A stretch of DNA of 64,000 bases from NCBI GenBank assembly GCA_041082245.1, contig JBDOIE010000110.1, forward strand, positions 1,276 through 65,275, in the 5' to 3' direction. Below, one piece after another: positions 35,585 to 45,500 of this stretch. Each line of letters begins with the position of its first letter. Positions within the stretch are counted from its first letter, which is position 1. The notes below the pieces were generated by a model. It ran no database searches. It had not been told where the DNA came from and saw only the letters and a program-made list of their open reading frames with translations. The position numbers and the translations under genes are program-made. This stretch comes from Chloroflexia bacterium. GTDB taxonomy: Bacteria; Chloroflexota; Chloroflexia; DTKN01.

Positions 35585-35928
35585 AGTTCCTCCTCCTGTC
35601 CCACAACCGTGAACTCGCGCGGTGCGGGCGACCCAAGCAAGCGGCCTGGCAGGAACGGTTCTGCAGCGCGAGCCGTCTGCAACACGATCACTGGAGGGGC
35701 GGCGGCCGGCCGCCGCTCGAGCTCCGCGAGCTGTTGCTGGACGCGCAGCCGCTCCCCACGCTCCCGCCACCACAGGTAGAGCACGGCTCCCACTGCCGGG
35801 AGGGCAGCGGCTACCCCGCAGAGCACCCCGACGACCACCGCCAGGCTCCGGCTGTCCAGCCGCAGACCTCCGAGCAGCGCAAGCCCGGCGCCCACCACGA
35901 TAGCGATCCAGTAGAACTTTTCCTTCAT
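35581..35928 (-). CDS. small two-TM membrane protein (116 aa)
   Basis: MKEKFYWIAIVVGAGLALLGGLRLDSRSLAVVVGVLCGVAAALPAVGAVLYLWWRERGERLR... ATG after GGGAGGTGGGG, overlapping the FtsK-like gene stop (ATGA). Confidence 0.55.
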   Translation of the reverse strand: MKEKFYWIAIVVGAGLALLGGLRLDSRSLAVVVGVLCGVAAALPAVGAVLYLWWRERGERLRVQQQLAELERRPAAAPPVIVLQTARAAEPFLPGRLLGSPAPREFTVVGQEEEL

Positions 35929-37103
35929 CCCCACCTCCCGGACACCGCGGCCCGGTCCGCGTTCCCGGTGCTGGGCTGTGTCCCCCGGACGGCTCGAAGC
36001 AGGCGCGCAACCCACTGTCCCGGCAGAAGGCGTCCCCCCTGCGCCGGCGCGGAGGGTCGAGCTTCTCTCGCCCGGAAAGCCAGCTGTTCCTCCTGAAGCA
36101 TCGACACCATCGCGCGGATCTCGTCCGCGCCGATGTAGGCCGCCTGGAACCGGATCAGCTCGCCACCGGCCACCAGGACAAAGTCGCCACGGCCCAGGAG
36201 CTGTTCCGCGCCGGTCCCCCGGATGCCGGAGGCAAGGACGGCCTCCTGAGCGCTTACCACGCGCCCGACGAGCCGACAGGGCAGGTTGGCCCGCAGGAGG
36301 CTCCCAAGCGCTTCGGCGGTGGGCTTCTGGGTGCACAGCATCAGGTGCAGCCCCGCCGACCGTCCGCGGGCCGCAATGCGGGTCAGCAGCTCTCCAAGCG
36401 CAGGCTCTGTCGCGAGCAGGTCGGCGACTTCGTCCACCGCGAGTAGAACCCTTGGTGTCCGGATCCCCGTCTCTTCCCTCCAGACCATCTCCTCAACCAG
36501 CCCCTCGAGCCGCTGGGAGAGCTCCGGGCCCCCGCGCAGGATCGGGCCCGCCAGGTGCGGTAGCCCTAAGAAGGGGGAGAAGCCGTGACCCTTCGGGTCC
36601 ACGAGGAGGAAACGTAGCTCGTCCGGGTCATTCGCCAGGGCCAGGGAGGAAAGGATCGCTCGGGCGAGCGCCGTCTTCCCGGAGCCCGTCGTGCCAGCGA
36701 TCAGGAGGTGTGCGACCTCGGGCGCCGAGAGGCGCAGGAGGAGGGGTGCCCCGGTGCTGTCCTGGCCGAGTAGCGCGGTGAATGGAGGAAGCGGATCCAG
36801 GGAGGCCTGTAGCCGCAGCAGCGCGACGTTTACGGGCTGCGGCCGCGGCACTTCTACTGCGACGACGCCTCCATCGCGGCAAATCCGGACCTTTGGCACT
36901 TCGAGGACGAGTGCGAGTTCCTCCTCCAGGGCAAGCAGGCGCTTCAGGGGAATGCTGGGGGACACGAGCAGGTGAAAGCGCACCAGACGAGGCGTGACAA
37001 TGCCGCCCTGGCACTGCACCCACAAGTGTCGGGCCTCGCAGAGTCGTTCGATGCGTTCCGCCTGCTGCTCCAGCCACGGGCGCAGCGGGTGATCGTGAGC
37101 CAT
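35925..37103 (-). CDS. FtsK/SpoIIIE-family DNA-translocase motor ATPase, standalone (no N-terminal TM domain, no gamma/KOPS domain)
   Basis: ...PEVAHLLIAGTTGSGKTALARAIL...LRFLLVDPKGHGFSPFLGLPHL...LLAVDEVADLL...GLHLMLCTQKPTAEAL...RLVGRVVSAQEAVLASGIRGTGAEQLLGRGDFVL. Walker A/B and arginine-finger-region motifs of the FtsK beta domain. GAAGG RBS. Confidence 0.75.
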   Translation of the reverse strand: MAHDHPLRPWLEQQAERIERLCEARHLWVQCQGGIVTPRLVRFHLLVSPSIPLKRLLALEEELALVLEVPKVRICRDGGVVAVEVPRPQPVNVALLRLQASLDPLPPFTALLGQDSTGAPLLLRLSAPEVAHLLIAGTTGSGKTALARAILSSLALANDPDELRFLLVDPKGHGFSPFLGLPHLAGPILRGGPELSQRLEGLVEEMVWREETGIRTPRVLLAVDEVADLLATEPALGELLTRIAARGRSAGLHLMLCTQKPTAEALGSLLRANLPCRLVGRVVSAQEAVLASGIRGTGAEQLLGRGDFVLVAGGELIRFQAAYIGADEIRAMVSMLQEEQLAFRAREARPSAPAQGGRLLPGQWVARLLRAVRGTQPSTGNADRAAVSGRWG

Positions 37104-37152
37104 GGTGTACCTTCAGCGCGTCGCGCGGTCGTTTTCGCAGAAGCGCAACGCC

Positions 37153-37181
37153 ATTATACCAGAACATCTGTTCTACGTCAA
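37153..37181 (-). promoter_or_regulatory. sigma70-type promoter TTGACG - 17 nt - (TGg)TATAAT for the FtsK-like operon
   Basis: The minus strand reads TTGACGtagaacagatgttctggTATAATgg, about 45 nt upstream of the 37103 ATG. Confidence 0.55.
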
Positions 37182-37860
37182 GTGGGGGGTCTCCGAGGTT
37201 GGGACCTCAGGAAACATCGTCATTAGCCTGTCGTCCACTGCCCCGTGCGCACTCAGGTGTGAAACTCACGACTGTCTTGCCCCGCTCCCTTGCAGTGCTG
37301 CGCGGCGCACGGGGGATCGATAGGGGAGGGGGCAAAGTCGCCCCCCGCCCCCCGTTCCTTCATGCTTGCAGGGCAGGGTAATGGGACCGTGTCCCGACAA
37401 GTTCGAACCTCGGGGGGCCGGCCGATCTCGGGCTACGAGTCCGGATGGAGAGACCCTCGTTCGACCGCCTGACCACCCAACTCCCCTCTCTTCTTGCGGC
37501 TGGGGCAACCGTCGCAGCAGTACGCCGGAGCGCATAGGTCCAGGCTAGACCGAGCGTTTCGGTTGTCATGCCAAGTGCAACGGCCCGGCCGCAACAGCCT
37601 CACCCGCACCTTACCAGCGGCCAGCGCGCGGAGCAGGCGACCGCTCCCTTCGGAAAAGCCTGCAGGGGCGCCCCGTCGTCGCCCCTGCAGGTTGGGCCCG
37701 GCTTGTCGGCGGTTTTCCCTGGACAGCTCCCTTCGTTATGGGCCCGCGGCTTGGATGGAGGTGTAAACAAACGAGAGAAGGACCCCGGCATTGCCGGACG
37801 GCCTTATCATCGTTTCCGGAGGATAGCGCATCGTCAGCGTCAGGTTGCAGTCCGGTTACC

Positions 37861-37903
37861 AAAGAGATCCCCCTCCCGCCCGCTGCGGCATGGCGGGAGG
37901 GGG
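37861..37903 (-). terminator. intrinsic terminator of the long fum-hdr operon (12-bp stem CCCCCTCCCGCC/GGCGGGAGGGGG then AUCUCUUU)
   Basis: The hairpin starts 13 nt after the 37916 stop on the minus strand. Confidence 0.5.
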
Positions 37904-37915
37904 CAGGCCAAAGCG

Positions 37916-39517
37916 CTATCGCTTTCCGACGTAGTCAGGAAGCAGGATCGGCGCGCGTTCCTGGGGGTCCAGCCCGGCCTCGCGCAGTTGCTGCTCCCAT
38001 TCCACGAGGTGCTGGAGCGTCGGCCGGCCCGGTACGACCTCGCGCGCCCGCTTGGCGGCAGCGATACCGGCCCGACGCCCGAACACGGTGATGTCCAGGA
38101 GCGAGTTGCCCATGAGCCGGTTTCGCCCGTGGATTCCGCCCACGACTTCTCCCGCGGCAAAGAGGTTGGGGATCTCGGTCGCGCCGTTGACATCGATCTT
38201 GATCCCCCCGTTCTGGTAGTGCAGCGTGGGGTAAACGAGCATCGGCTCCTTGGTGATGTCCACGCCGAAGCGGGCGAACTGGCGTACCATGGCCGGGAGG
38301 TCCCGTGCGACCGTCCCTGGCCCGTGGATGAGATCGATCATCGGGGAGTCAAGCCATACCCCCAGAAAGCCCGAAGGTGTGCGCACCCCCTTGCCCCGTT
38401 CCTGGCACTCGCGGATGATCGCGGCCGATTCTACGTCGCGGGTCTCCCGGGGGTTCACGAACTGCACGCCGTCGACGTTGAGCACCTGGGCGCCCAGGCC
38501 CCGCACCTTCTCGGTCACCAGGAAGCCGAGGATCTGCTCAGGAAAGGCCGCCCCCGTAGGGTGGTATTGCATGGTATCGATATGGAGCAGATGGGCTCCT
38601 GCCCGGTAGGCGAGCACCAGGCCGTCCCCGGTGGCCCCGTAGTGGTTCGTGGTGGCAAAGCCCTGGTAATGGAGCCGGCCGCTTCCGCCGGTAGCCAGGA
38701 TGGTGCACTTGGCGCGGGCCACGAGGTACTCTTCCGTCTCCATGTTCAACAGCACCGCGCCCACGCATTGTCCCTTGTCGTCCAGGATCAGCTCCACCGC
38801 AGCGGTAAACTCCAGGACAAAGATGCCGCTACGGTTGCGCACTTCGTCCCGCAGGGTACGCATGATCTCCGCGCCCGAGTAGTCGCGCGCAGAATGCATC
38901 CGCTTGCGCGAGGTACCTCCGCCGTGGATCGTGATCATCGTGCCGTCGGGCTCCTTGTCGAACATGCAGCCCAGCGATTCCAACCACAGGATCACTTTCG
39001 GCGCATCGAGCACCAGCGCTTCCACGAGATCCGGATCGTTTGCATAGTGCCCTCCGCCCATAACATCTAGGTAATGGATGGCCGGAGAATCGTTCGGCTT
39101 GTCGGCGGCCTGGATCCCTCCCTGGGCCATCATGGTGTTCGCGTCGCCGTGGCGCAGTTTCGTGACCAGCACCACACGGGCACCGTTCTCCTCGGCCATC
39201 AGCGCGGCCGCCGATCCGGCGCCACCGCCTCCGATCACAAGGACATCGGTTTCGATATCGGTCCTCGTGACGTCGAAATCCGGCGGGATGACCGGCCGCG
39301 CCTGGAGCAGCCGGGCCAGTTCGTGGGGCGCTTTTCCTCCCTTGTTCGGTCCCACCTGGAGTGTGGCGAACGCTTCCGGGATGAAATCCGGGTGGAAACG
39401 GCGCAGGAGGTCTTCCTTCTCCTGGGCCGAAAGCCGGGGAAAAGTCTCGGAAAGGCGCGCGGAGCGCGTGGCTTCGACCCGCTTGAGCGATTCGTACATT
39501 TCCGGGGTGTAGATCAT
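37916..39517 (-). CDS. FAD-binding flavoprotein, fumarate reductase/succinate dehydrogenase flavoprotein-like (FrdA/TfrA/NadB family, non-covalent-FAD type)
   Basis: ...DVLVIGGGGAGSAAALMAEENGARVVLVTK...DANTMMAQGGIQAA...ILATGGSGRLH... GGAGGAAG RBS. Confidence 0.8.
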   Translation of the reverse strand: MIYTPEMYESLKRVEATRSARLSETFPRLSAQEKEDLLRRFHPDFIPEAFATLQVGPNKGGKAPHELARLLQARPVIPPDFDVTRTDIETDVLVIGGGGAGSAAALMAEENGARVVLVTKLRHGDANTMMAQGGIQAADKPNDSPAIHYLDVMGGGHYANDPDLVEALVLDAPKVILWLESLGCMFDKEPDGTMITIHGGGTSRKRMHSARDYSGAEIMRTLRDEVRNRSGIFVLEFTAAVELILDDKGQCVGAVLLNMETEEYLVARAKCTILATGGSGRLHYQGFATTNHYGATGDGLVLAYRAGAHLLHIDTMQYHPTGAAFPEQILGFLVTEKVRGLGAQVLNVDGVQFVNPRETRDVESAAIIRECQERGKGVRTPSGFLGVWLDSPMIDLIHGPGTVARDLPAMVRQFARFGVDITKEPMLVYPTLHYQNGGIKIDVNGATEIPNLFAAGEVVGGIHGRNRLMGNSLLDITVFGRRAGIAAAKRAREVVPGRPTLQHLVEWEQQLREAGLDPQERAPILLPDYVGKR

Positions 39518-39547
39518 CGGCTTCCTCCGTTCATCCTTGCGGGCACG

Positions 39548-40228
39548 CTAGTCCGGCTCGATGTCCCTGCTGTTGTACTTCTCGGCCAGTTCCTCTTTCG
39601 ACATCGCCTTGAGGGCCGCGATCTCGGCGTCGTACTTGCCCGCTTCGATCTCCCGCACCCGTTCCGCCAGGTGCTGGGCGCGGGGCGCGATGTATCGCCC
39701 GTAGAGCCGCCGACAAAGGATGGCGATGTTGTACTGCACCTCCTCTGCCGGGCAGCGTGCTGCGCAAAGGCCGCACATGATGCAGTCGAACGACTTGTCG
39801 GCCACCGCCGCGATATCCCCGCGCATTGCGGCGGCCATATAAGCGCGCACGTCGATGTTCTGCGGGCACGCCTTCGTGCAGGTGCCGCACTGCAGGCAAC
39901 GAAGCACCTCAGGGTAAATCGAAAAGAGGGTTTCCGGGGTTGCCTTCAGTTCCTCCAGTTTGTACGGCCGGCGCTCGGCAGGGAAGAACGGGATCTGGGT
40001 GAGGTACATGTTCGGCTGCACAAGCGTGGCGCACGCCAGTCCGATGTGCAGCCGATAGTCCCCGGCAATCCGGTACACCGTCGCGCAGGCGCCACAGAAG
40101 CCGGCCCGACATCCACATCCCCGAAGGAGCCGATATCCGGCATACTCCATGGCACGCTGGATCGTCAGCGACGGGGGGACCATATACCGTTTGCCCATAA
40201 TGTAGATCGGGATGAGCTCCTCGGACAT
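39548..40228 (-). CDS. iron-sulfur subunit, SdhB/FrdB-like ([2Fe-2S] + two [4Fe-4S]-type Cys clusters)
   Basis: ...GCGCRAGFCGACATVY..., ...CLQCGTCTKACP..., ...CIMCGLCAARCP... AGGAGGAA RBS. Confidence 0.8.
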   Translation of the reverse strand: MSEELIPIYIMGKRYMVPPSLTIQRAMEYAGYRLLRGCGCRAGFCGACATVYRIAGDYRLHIGLACATLVQPNMYLTQIPFFPAERRPYKLEELKATPETLFSIYPEVLRCLQCGTCTKACPQNIDVRAYMAAAMRGDIAAVADKSFDCIMCGLCAARCPAEEVQYNIAILCRRLYGRYIAPRAQHLAERVREIEAGKYDAEIAALKAMSKEELAEKYNSRDIEPD

Positions 40229-40239
40229 CTCGGTTCCTC

Positions 40240-41367
40240 CTATCGCTCCACAACGTGCAGTTCATCCTCGCGGAAGACGGCCAGGGGCAGCTCTTCCTCC
40301 AGGCTTCGCCCGGCCTCGTAGTCGAAGAGCGCCTGGACCTCCTGCCCGATCGCGCGGAAGATGACCGTCAGCGGGATGTCGCTCGGACAACCATCCTCGC
40401 AGACCCCACACCCCACGCAGGAAGCCACCATGTGGTTCAAACGGGTGATCTGGAAGAGCAAGGTATCGGTCGGCATCCGCACGGCTCCCCGACGCCCAGC
40501 CCACTTCAGATACTGTTCCGAGGCGTGGTCGAACGTGGGGGTGCGGAAGATGCACTCCCGACAATAGCAGATCGGGCAGGTCACCGTGCAGTTGTGGCAC
40601 CGCAGGCACGCGGAAAAGAGCGAAAGCAACCCCTCACGGGTGCGTACCTGCTCGCGGAAAGCGGCGAAAGCCTCGTCGCGGCGCGCCAGCCGCGCCTCGC
40701 GTAGCCGGGCGATCGCCTCCTGCCGACCCGGCAGATCCCCCTCCTGAAGCCCCAGGACCCCGGCGAGTTCCGCGTGTGTCTCCTTCAGCTCCACCCCGAT
40801 TTCCTTCCGCGGATCCGTGCCGATCCACTCCAGCCGCACATCCACGCCCTGCGGCACGAAATGTTCGCAGATGCGGCAGGCCGTGCGCAGCTCCCGGTTC
40901 GGCCAGCGGAACCCTTCGGTCGGCTCGACGCTCTCCAGCAACCGCATCGTCAGGTCGGGTGTCTCCGCAACCATCGCGCCGTAATCGAGCACCCGGAAGG
41001 CACCGTAGCAGTCGACGCCGACGGTCAGCACACGGGCGAGGTTCACCTGGCGAAGCTTGGTCAACTCGACCGTGGCCCGCCACTCACACGGTTTCAGCAC
41101 CACGGCCAGCCGTTCCCGGGGTTCGGTGAAGGTCAACTGGGAAACCACCCGCGCCGATTGGATCGGCATCACCGGCGCGATCGGGTCGGCTTCCGCAAGG
41201 TGCGCCGGATCGCGCACCAGCGTTGGGACCAGGTTGCGCCCGTCGGGGGTAGCCACCGGGACCAGGACGCCGTCGACGACATTCTGCTCAAGCAGGAGAG
41301 CAAGCAGCCGCCTGAGCGTCCCCAGCGTGTCCCCTTGGGCAACAGGAACCGTTCCGCGAATTGGCAT
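40240..41367 (-). CDS. FrhB/FdhB/FpoF-like flavin- and FeS-binding protein (coenzyme F420 hydrogenase beta family) with C-terminal 2x[4Fe-4S] ferredoxin motifs
   Basis: ...CLRCHNCTVTCPICYCREC... and ...CVGCGVCEDGCP... AAGGAG RBS. Confidence 0.7.
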   Translation of the reverse strand: MPIRGTVPVAQGDTLGTLRRLLALLLEQNVVDGVLVPVATPDGRNLVPTLVRDPAHLAEADPIAPVMPIQSARVVSQLTFTEPRERLAVVLKPCEWRATVELTKLRQVNLARVLTVGVDCYGAFRVLDYGAMVAETPDLTMRLLESVEPTEGFRWPNRELRTACRICEHFVPQGVDVRLEWIGTDPRKEIGVELKETHAELAGVLGLQEGDLPGRQEAIARLREARLARRDEAFAAFREQVRTREGLLSLFSACLRCHNCTVTCPICYCRECIFRTPTFDHASEQYLKWAGRRGAVRMPTDTLLFQITRLNHMVASCVGCGVCEDGCPSDIPLTVIFRAIGQEVQALFDYEAGRSLEEELPLAVFREDELHVVER

Positions 41368-41400
41368 CTTTGGACTCCTTGTACGGTAGCCGGATCGTGT

Positions 41401-41826
41401 TCAGATCGCCCACTCCTTACGCATCGGGTTAGGGCCTTTCTCCTTAAGGTATTGCACCATCTCGGTCACGGTGTCGGCGAAGCGCCGCCCCTCGCTGGCG
41501 CTGATCCAGCGCAGCCACACACGGTCTTCTTCCAGGCCCAACTGTCGCAGCACGCTCTGGAGAATGGCCACCCGGCGGCGCGCCTTGTAGTTGCCGCTCT
41601 GGTAGTGGCAGTCCCCCGGGTGGCAACCGCCGATGAGGACGCCGTCCGCGCCCTCGATGAGCGCTTTCAGCACATAGACGGGGTCGACCGCCCCGCTGCA
41701 CATCAGCCGGATGATGCGGATGTTCGGCGGGTACTGGATGCGCGAGGTCCCCGCCAGGTCGGCGCCCGTGTAGGTGCACCAGTTACACAGGAAGGCGACG
41801 ATGCGGGGTTCGAACTCTTCGGGCAT
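41401..41826 (-). CDS. mvhD: methyl-viologen-reducing hydrogenase delta subunit (MvhD)-like [2Fe-2S] protein
   Basis: MPEEFEPRIVAFLCNWCTYTGADLAGTSRIQYPPNIRIIRLMCSGAVDPVYVLKALIEGADGVLIGGCHPGDCHY. The MvhD/FlpD family pattern. GGAGGAG RBS. The ORF's first 49 aa are trimmed. Confidence 0.75.
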   Translation of the reverse strand: MPEEFEPRIVAFLCNWCTYTGADLAGTSRIQYPPNIRIIRLMCSGAVDPVYVLKALIEGADGVLIGGCHPGDCHYQSGNYKARRRVAILQSVLRQLGLEEDRVWLRWISASEGRRFADTVTEMVQYLKEKGPNPMRKEWAI

Positions 41827-41896
41827 CGATGTCTCCTCCGCTCGCAAACGGACGTGCCGCAGGGCGGGAGCGCGGCTCCCGCCCTGCCCGTCCGGA

Positions 41897-42541
41897 CTAG
41901 GTCGTGCGGATGTCGCGCAGTTCGGCATCCGCCTGCTGCACCGCCGTACGCACTTGGTCTTCCGTGATCCCACGTACCTTCATCGTGATGCGGCCGTGGC
42001 TGCGGTCCTCGCCGTAGAAGGTGCCCAGAGAGAGGATGTCGCCGCCCTGGCCAGCGATCGCGGAGGCGAGCCGGGCAAGCGAACCGGGCTCGTTTCGGAC
42101 CGCTACGCTGACCCGCAGCCCCTGCTCTCGGGCCCCCAGCATCTCCAGGAAGACCTTGAAGAGGTCTGTCTCGGTGATGATCCCCACCAGCCGGCCGTCC
42201 TCGACCACTGGCAGCCCACCGATCTTGTGGTCGACCATGATGCGCGCCGCCTCTTCGATCGGGCAATCCGGGCAAACGGTGATCACCTCGCGCGTCATGA
42301 TCTCCTTCACCTTGAGCTTGGAGAGCAGGTAGCCGATCTCGTAGACGCTCAGGCTGGTTGCGGGAGAAGGGGATGCGTAGAGCAGGTCCTTTTCCGAAAC
42401 GATCCCGAGAAGGTTTCCGTGTCGGTCGATCACAGGCAGGCGACGAACACGGTTCTGCCGCATGAAGCTCAGCGCTTCGGTCACCGAGGTATCCGGCTCG
42501 ATGGTAATCGGATGGGTGGACATACGCTCCTTTACCAGCAT
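41897..42541 (-). CDS. CBS-pair + ACT domain protein
   Basis: MLVKERMSTHPITIEPDTSVTEALSFMRQNRVRRLPVIDRHGNLLGIVSEKDLL...IMTREVITVCPDCPIEEAARIMVDHKIGGLPVVEDGRLVGIITETDLF... Then an ACT-like tail. GAGGAGGAG RBS. Confidence 0.7.
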   Translation of the reverse strand: MLVKERMSTHPITIEPDTSVTEALSFMRQNRVRRLPVIDRHGNLLGIVSEKDLLYASPSPATSLSVYEIGYLLSKLKVKEIMTREVITVCPDCPIEEAARIMVDHKIGGLPVVEDGRLVGIITETDLFKVFLEMLGAREQGLRVSVAVRNEPGSLARLASAIAGQGGDILSLGTFYGEDRSHGRITMKVRGITEDQVRTAVQQADAELRDIRTT

Positions 42542-42557
42542 GGCACTCCTCCTCTGT

Positions 42558-45500
42558 TCACTCCAGCGCCTCGTCGACCATCGCCACCAGCTGGGCTTTC
42601 TCGAAGCCCAGATGCTGGGTCGCACCGCTCGGACAAGCTACCGCACAGGCTCCGCATCCCTGGCAGAGGACCTCGATAACCTCCGCGACGCGGGTTTCTT
42701 CGTTCAGCACACGGGCATCGTACGGACAAACGGCCACGCAGAGGCCACACCCCTTGCAGAGCCGGCTGTTCACCTGGGCGACGATCGCCTGGCCTTCCAG
42801 ACGATCCTTGCTGAGCAGGGTGGCCGCCCGGACGGCGACTCCCTGTGCCTGCGCGATCGCATTCTCGATCGGCATCGGCGAGTGCGCCAGGCCGCAGAGG
42901 AAGATGCCGTCAGCGGCAAAGTCGAGCGGGCGCAGCTTCACGTGCGCCTCCAGGAAAAAGCGATCCTGCGTGAGCGGCACCTTGAGCATCTGCGCCAGGG
43001 CAGCCTGCTCCGGGCGCGGCACGATCCCCGTGCTCAGCACGAGCCAGTCGGCCGGCAGGCCGATCGGTTCTTCCCCCGGGCTGCGGACGGTGATACGCAG
43101 CGAATCGCCTTCCACACTGACCTCCGGCGGTTCCTCCGGCCGGTATTCGAGAAACACGACGCCCTGGCGCCGCGCCTCTTCGTAGTAGACTTCCTGGAAA
43201 CCGTAGGCGCGGATGTCGCGGAAGAGCACTGTTACCCGGGCGAGCGGTTCGAGACGTTTGAGCCGCAGCGCGTTCTTGAGCGCCGAAGCGCAGCAGATGC
43301 GCGAGCACCAGGGGTGCTCCTCGTTCCGCGATCCCACGCACTGGATCATCACCACGGAAGGCGGGCGCCCCAATCCGAGCACGGCGCCCGAGTGGTTCAC
43401 GAGCTGCGCCTCGAACTCCCGCTGGGTCAGGACGCGTGGATGCTGGCCGTACAGGTACTCCCCGGGCTTCGGTTCGTAGGCCTCCGCTCCGGTCGCAACG
43501 ACGATCGCGCCATGGGCGATCTCCTCCACGCGCCCTTCGCTGGCCAGGTGCACCCGGCTCACAAAGCGTCCCACGTATCCGCCGACCTCGAGCAGTTCGG
43601 CACGGGTATAGACACGGACGCGCGGATGCGCAAGCACCCGGGCGACCGTCTCCTGAAGGAGCGCCTGGGGGTCGTTCCCGTAAAGCGTGTAGTGGAGATG
43701 GCGGAGATGTCCGCCCAGTTCCGCTTCACGCTCGATCAGGGTGACCGGGAAGCCCTGCTCCGCCAGCGCAAGCGCGGCAACCATACCGGAGAGGCCCCCG
43801 CCGATCACCAGTGCGCTCTGCTCGATCTCGATCGACGGCCGGTAGATCGGGCGCAATCGCAACGCCTTGGCGACCGCCATGCGCACGAGGTCCTTGGCCT
43901 TTTCCGTCGCTTCCTCCGGTGTCGCCTTGTGCACCCAGGAATCCTGTTCCCGGATGTTCGTCATCTCGAAGAGGTAAGGGTTCAGTCCCGCTTCGCGGAT
44001 CGTGTCCTGGAAGAGCGGCTCATGGGTGCGCGGGGTACACGAGGCCACGACCACGCGGTTCAGGCGCAGCTCGCGCACGGTGTCCGTGATCTTCTTCTGG
44101 GTATCCTGCGAGCAGGTATACAGGTTATGCTCCGCGTACGCGACGCCCGGCAGGGTGCGCGCATACTCCACCACCGCAGGGACATCTACCACGCTCCCGA
44201 TGTTGATCCCGCAGTGGCAGATGAACACCCCGACGCGCGGTTCCTCGAAACGCACGTCCAGTTCGGGCGGGTAGGTCTTGCTTCGCGTGAGCGTGCCACG
44301 CGCGGGGGCCAGCAGCCGGGCCGCGGCTGCTGCTGCCGCCGACGCTTCCACCACCGTTTCCGGGATGTCCTTCGGCCCCCGGAAGGCCCCGGCGACAAAG
44401 ATCCCCGGGCGCGAAGTCTCGACCGGCGCAAACTCGGACGTCTGGGCGAAACCGTAGCGGTTCAACCGCACCCCCAGCCGCTCCGCAAGCGCCCGCGCCT
44501 CCGTTCCCGCGACCAGCCCCACCGACAGGACAACGAGGTCGAACTGCTCCTCCACCACCGCCCCGTCGGGCCGGGTGTAGGTGAGACGCAGGTCGCGGGT
44601 CTCGGGGTCCTCCTTCAGCGAGGAGATGAAGGAACGGATGTAGCGCACCCCGTGCTCGCGCATCGCGGTCTCGTAGTAGGCATCGAACCCCTTCCCGAAT
44701 GCCCGCACATCCAGGAAAAAGATCGTCGGCTCGATATCCGGCGCGTGCTCACGGGCGATGATCGCCTCCTTGGTCGCGTACATGCAGCAGACCGAAGAGC
44801 AGTAGTTCTGGTCGCAGCGGCTTTCGCGCGAGCCGATGCACTGGATCCAGGCGATGCGGCGGGGTTCGCGTCCGTCGGAAGGGCGGGTGATGTGCCCGGC
44901 GAAGGGACCCGAGGCCGAGAGCATCCGTTCGAACTCGATCGAGGTGAGGACATTCGGATACCGGCCGTAGCCGAACTCTTCCTTCAGCCGGGCATCGTAC
45001 AGCCCGACCCCCGGGGTCAGGATGACCGCCCCCACCTCGAGCGCCCGCACCTCTTCCGTCATCTCGTGGTTGACCGCTCCGGCCTTGCAGGCGCGGGCGC
45101 ACGCGAGGCATTCGGAGCAGATGCCGCACTCCAGGCACCGCTCCGCCTCTGCGCGTGCTTCTTCCTCACTCAGCGGGAGATCCACTTCCACGAAGGAACG
45201 TATCCGTTCTTCCACCGGCCGCTGCTTCTTCTGCAGCCGTGGCCGCATCACGATTCGCCCCTCTGCCCGGGCGGAGGCAATCTCCTCGTCGCTCAGCTCG
45301 ACCACCGGCTGCAGCACCGGTTCCCGCAGCCCCGCTTCGCCGCGCAGGTAGCGATCGATCGCGCGCGCGGCGCGGTGTCCGGCGGCGATCGCGTCGACCA
45401 CGAACGTGGTTCCGGTCACCGCGTCGCCCCCGGCAAAGACGCCCGGACGGGACGTCATCAGCGTCTCCGGATCCACGACAAGCGTGCCGTTCCGGCGCAC

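Noticed and set aside
37190-37900. Searched for tRNA-Sec, tmRNA, RNase P RNA and SRP RNA in the large intergenic region
   Set aside because: I found no UCA-anticodon loop (CUUCAAA), no GGUUCGA(A/U)UCC T-arm with matching stems, no GGACGGGGGUUCGA tmRNA 3' end, and no GGAAAGUCCGGGC or ACAGAACCCGGCUUA RNase P signatures. Partial resemblances were too weak.
37568-39070. 500-aa plus-strand ORF
   Set aside because: Antisense to the FrdA-like flavoprotein gene, with no conserved motifs.
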